This document shows, piece after piece, positions 59,037-64,000 of a DNA stretch of 64,000 nt. Source of the DNA: Octopus sinensis (taxonomy: Eukaryota); assembly GCF_006345805.1 (NCBI RefSeq), contig NC_043017.1, positions 14,136,001 through 14,200,000 of the forward strand, read 5' to 3'. The notes below the pieces were generated by a model that searched no databases, was not told the origin of the DNA, and worked only from the letters and a program-made list of their open reading frames with translations. The translations under genes were made by a program, and so were the position numbers. Positions within the stretch are counted from its first letter, which is position 1, and the number at the start of each line of letters is the position of its first letter.

Positions 59037-62000
59037 AAACTGTGTGTGGAAGTGAACTCACACACATGCACATTTCCACTCCATCATCATCATCATTTTT
59101 ATGCCCATTCGTCTTTGCTTGCATGGATTGGACAGGTCTATTTAAACACAGCTTTGTGCTGTTTGTTGCATTCCTGTCATAGAATTAACATTGCACACCT
59201 GTGAATATTCTACTTTAGTTTTACCATTGTCCACCTCACATAAACCTGTCAGTTGAAACTAGCAAAAGACAGCACCAAATACTAAATAAATATTCTAACC
59301 TCATAAATAGCAGCAGATAAAAGTGCCTGGTGGTGTGTAGCAGTGTATGTTTGTCACTGTATGTAATTAGCATTTAACAGTAATTGTCCATAACAATTCA
59401 CATCAAACCAATATTTGTGAGAAGATATGGTAACCATTCTTTATATTTGCTCAGAAATGAAAGGAAATGCCAACACAAGCTTTCTCATTGTAACGCCCAT
59501 CACAAATTCTCTGGCAACTCTGCCAACACTCTTAATTTTGAGATCTAGTGGAAATATGTGAGATAGATGCAAACTAATAACAGGAATGAAAGGCTAAGAG
59601 GCAAAACATATACTCTAGATTTAAATGTCTTCTTTATTTAGTCCAGTTGAAGCTGTATTTATTTTTATGGCTTATTAAGAAGCAAAATGACAGGGCTCAT
59701 GAATGACCCTTTTCAGGGCATCTGAAAAGAAAGTAGGAAGTTGTCCTTAGACTTGAGACCTAACTTGAATGCTTGTAACAGAATGAAATTTATTAAAGAT
59801 ACCCAAGGACTAAAGAGTGGGATTAATATAGGTGACAGATTAAGCCTGTCACCCACGAGCAATAGAGGATGTCACCCAGTTTCCATTGACCAAGTTTCAC
59901 TGTCAAAGGAATCTAATACTTATGATACTTGTTCAAGATGCTACATACAAAGGAAGGGAATAACATTTTGTGTTGATGGAACGTTTTCTATTTTTGTTTT
60001 TTTTCTTACTGAAGCTAGAGGAGGAAAAATCAGAATGGCCACTGGCTGGTTAATATTCATTGCGTGGTTGACCAATAACTGTTGATGGTTGAATTAGAGA
60101 TGATTAAATTTTCAAATATAACAAAATGTAGCAAACATGGCCATGTGGTTAAGATGGTCACTTCACAATTACATGGTCCTGGGTTTGATCCCAGTGCAGG
60201 GTACTTTGGGCAAGTGACTTTTGCCTCAATCAGAAATTTGGTAGAGAGAAACTGTGTGAGTGTGCGTGTGTGTGAACCTCAGTTTAAAGACAAGTGTTAT
60301 TTATGATGTGTTCTTTCATGACTTGTAACTTAGCAATCTGATAAATAGGGTTTGATTAAAATAAGTGCCAGGCTAAAATATGTAATGATGTAGATCTTGC
60401 TGCTGTCTACAATCCTCTAAGGTGATGGTCCTCCCCCTCAGCATATTCACAATCCAAGGATCAGAAAACAGGGAAAGTATGAATGACTCTGATCTAAAGC
60501 TGATTAATCAATTACAACTGATCTCTCAATCAGGAATGATAAATAAACTTAACAAAACAATAATAAAGCATGCAATCTTCAGTCAGTAAATTTTAGGTGT
60601 TTCATGTTTACTAAGGGAGAGAGGGACAATATCAATAATAGTTTATTTGGACCCCAGAAACCGTTGGCAGGATAAAACTCACACCAATCTATGCAATCTA
60701 TGATGACAATCTGTAATTTTAGTTGGCCCTTGTTGGATAATGTATAGCATTAGAAATTGAATTTAATAATATCTATAAATTGAAAATTGAAATATTTGCT
60801 AATTATTAAAAAGGACTTCATTTACTCAGGATGCAAAAATATTTTTAAGCATAAAATTTGCATAAAATCTGGACATGCAGGTAATGAGAAATATGTATGT
60901 AATTATTATTTTTAATTTTTTCAAAATAATTTAATGGAAAACTGATAAAGTTTGAATGGTGCACATGCTATTTATCAAAAGATTATGTTGTTGAATTTTA
61001 GAAAGATATTAATAAATATTAAAAATGTAGGCATATGAATTCCATTATAAATTTCTTAAAAAACAATTCAAAGCAGATATAGACTCAAGTTGTCTTTTGT
61101 AAAATAAATGATCATTGGGCATTCATATATACTAAATAAAAGATTTGCAAATAACATTCACTTAGAATTTATCTGAAAAGTTGGAAAACATTCTGATGGA
61201 AAAAAAAAACTGAAATAAGCTTAAAAAGATTTATGAAATCGGAGAATTCAAAATATATATTAAAAAAAAAAACATTCAATAAATGCTGATGTTGAAATGA
61301 GTCTGACAGAGGAGAATGTCCTTGGGATACTTTCAGCTATAAGTATATATAGTTAAGCGCATGAGCTAATGTACTAAATGTAGTGAACTGAAAACATGTT
61401 TAATCAATTTAAAATTACAGCCATAATGAGAAGGAAACTCATTTATGTTAATGACAATTCTTTATCAAAAATGGCAATAAGGACAACTCTGATAAATTTA
61501 TGAGAATTAAATGAAGAGATACTGTGGGATGGAAGAATGAATTGACCTTTGATAGATGTGGATACAATGTCTTAAATGTCTCCTCATCAGACCTCATCAG
61601 AGATGCACAGCCTAAAGATCAAACCCCTTGCCACTGGATGTCCACATTTAATTTTGATTCATCATTTTGGTCTTTCTTGACAAGTTTTGTCATTAACATC
61701 AATAATTAGTTTTTCTCTTCCTTATTGGAGTAATTCTGATATAATTAGTATATTGATTATCCCCAAGGTAATTCCTAAAGGATCAATAATATTTTAATAG
61801 ATTTTAAAAAATCATGCGAGATTTGTACAAAGCAAAAGAAAGATAAATCAATTAAGGGATTTCCTTGTTTGTTACGAAAAGGTGAAGGTGATGCGGAACA
61901 ATGTCCGTCTAAACTATGTGAAAGAATCAGAAGATTTGTGGTTTTTGTTATTGAATGGAAAAGAAACAGGCAAAGGTGGATGTGAGAGACATCTGAGCTA

Positions 62001-64000
62001 GAATTGTTTGGAGTGTTGGAGAAAAAGCCTTTTAGTTTCAGCCACAGACTGAGTTCAAATCCTGCTGGGGTAAAATTTTCTTTCATTCTTCCAAGGTTGA
62101 TAAAATAAAGTACCAGTCAACTACTAGGGTTGATTTAATCAACTGATACTGATATTGCAAAGGAATTTTTTTTTAATAGGAGACAAACGCTGAAAATTGC
62201 AAACAAGCTTTCTGAGTGCTCTTTGTGTTTCAAAGATGGACGACAAAGTTAACCCCAACATCTACAATATTCCTGTGAGAGCAGTGATTCTAGACAGGTT
62301 TATTTATCACTGAAAGACATAAATGAGGGACTAATGGCACTCAAATTCAATAATTAAAGGGATATATGGCATATCCATCTGTCGTCACAGAAGAACAAAC
62401 ACAACTAAAATTAAGCAATGGTTATTCCTTTACCATTTTCTATGACATGAGCAGCAGAGGTTCTTAGATTCAAAAACAAAATTATTATAGATAAGACCTA
62501 AGGAAGGAGCCTCTATGTGGTTGCTTTTTCAGTTACAAATAGCACAGAATTGCTGGTCTTGTGCCAAAATATGAAGTTATTCTTAAGAGTGGTGCAATAG
62601 CAGGATCACCAAAGTGTTGAGGAATAAAATATTCATTCATTCCAGTTCTTTTATAACCTGTCAACTTTGCCTTTTATCCTTCTGAAGTCAAAAAAATGCC
62701 AGTCAAGTCCCTGCTTCAGGGATCTGGACAAACACTCCCCTCAAAATTGTTAGACTCGTGCCTAAATTTGAAACACTTCTTATGATTATTATTATTATTT
62801 ATTATTATTATTATTAAGGTGTTAGACTGGCAGAATTATTAGAGCATTGCACTTAATGCCTCACAGCATGTCTTCCTGCTCTTCATGTTGTGAGTTCAAA
62901 TCCTGCTGAGGTCAACTTTGCCTTTCATCTTTTCAGGATCCATAAACTATAGTTCCAGTCAGGTAGTGGGGTAAATATAATGGACTGACACCCCTCCCTG
63001 AACATTGCTAACTTTGTGATTAATTCATCATCATCATTCTTATTATTACATTTTCTATGGTTTCCAGCAATTTTCTACATAATTGAGGTGGTTTGTAGAG
63101 TACACAAGGTGCCTGGCCTACTAGTTAGGGTGCTGCACTTGTGATTATAGAATTGTGGTTTCAATTCCCAGACTGACCGTGCCTTGTGTTTTTCAGCAAA
63201 ACACTTCATTTCATATAACTCCAGTCCACTCAGTTGTAAATGAGAGACCTTGGTGTACAGGGATGGATTTTCCTGAGATGGTGACTCAGGAAAATCACCT
63301 AAATGGAGGCCTTGCAAGCTATATTTTGTATTCACTGAAAGGATGAACAGCACAACCTGTTCTGTGAATTCTGATTTGTTGGGACTGGTGGTCGTTCAAC
63401 CATGTCAAAAGATGCAGCTGCTGCAGTATAATATCCCAGCATTAATTTCTCGACAGACCATGTCTTCCTCCCAACAACAAAAGCTTTCTCTCTGATGAGC
63501 TTCCCTACAGTTTCCATCTACCAAATTTCACTCACTAAGCTTTGGTTGACTTGAAGCTATGGCAGAAAACACACAGTGCAATTGTAATGGAGAAGCCAAG
63601 AGAAATCCCTTCCATGATCTTTAGAAGATGCGATTCATGGAAATTAAGTTTGGAAAAAGAAGACCAAAAGACTCCCACACAATACCAACATTTACAAACT
63701 CTAAAAGAATATCTTAGTAAGAGCAGCTGGTTCATAAGGAAGAAATATGCTGCCTATACTGCTAGGGTTAATGCTTGGACAGGGTTCTACAGAATATATT
63801 ACAAATAATGATAAAAGCAACAACAATAATTTATAGTTTCAAAATTTGGAACAAGGCCAGCAATCTTAGGGAGTAAGCCAATACTGTCAATCTCAGTACG
63901 TGACTGGTACCTTATTTTATTGACCCTGAAAGGATGAAAGGCAAAGTTGATCTCAGTGGTATTTGAACTCAGTACAGAAAGAGCTTGAAGAAATATTGCC

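Noticed and set aside
57000-64000. Penultimate Cav2 exons
   Set aside because: No segment with recognisable Cav2 sequence and compatible splice sites found; the region is dominated by SINE and mariner debris

Overview
AT-rich, microsatellite- and transposon-dense animal genomic DNA. The SINE, RTE-LINE and mariner content strongly suggests a coleoid cephalopod (Octopus-like); this is inferred from repeat style only. Two protein-coding genes, both on the minus strand, can be reconstructed. (1) A calcyphosin-2 (CAPS2; DM10-like region followed by the EF-hand region) orthologue, assembled by hand from 16 phase-compatible GT-AG exons (32782 down to 839, 527 codons). It continues off the left edge and has an RFX X-box just upstream of the predicted ATG. 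(2) The terminal coding exon of a Cav2 (P/Q/N-type) voltage-gated calcium channel alpha-1 subunit, ending in DSDEDDDWC (54465-55336). Introns and intergenic DNA hold a near-intact ~4.2 kb RTE-clade LINE, an internally deleted relative, many RTE 3' tails, tRNA-type SINEs, three Tc1/mariner relics, Penelope and RLE-type LINE fragments, foldback elements and mini/microsatellites. Most notable observations: the RTE LINE appears to carry a GT-AG intron whose removal joins a 34-codon ATG exon in frame to the endonuclease-RT ORF; the same ORF carries a PHD-type finger after the RT domain; an intronic type-I hammerhead ribozyme-like motif retains its full catalytic core; and an identical 19-bp quasi-palindrome brackets the Cav2 last exon.
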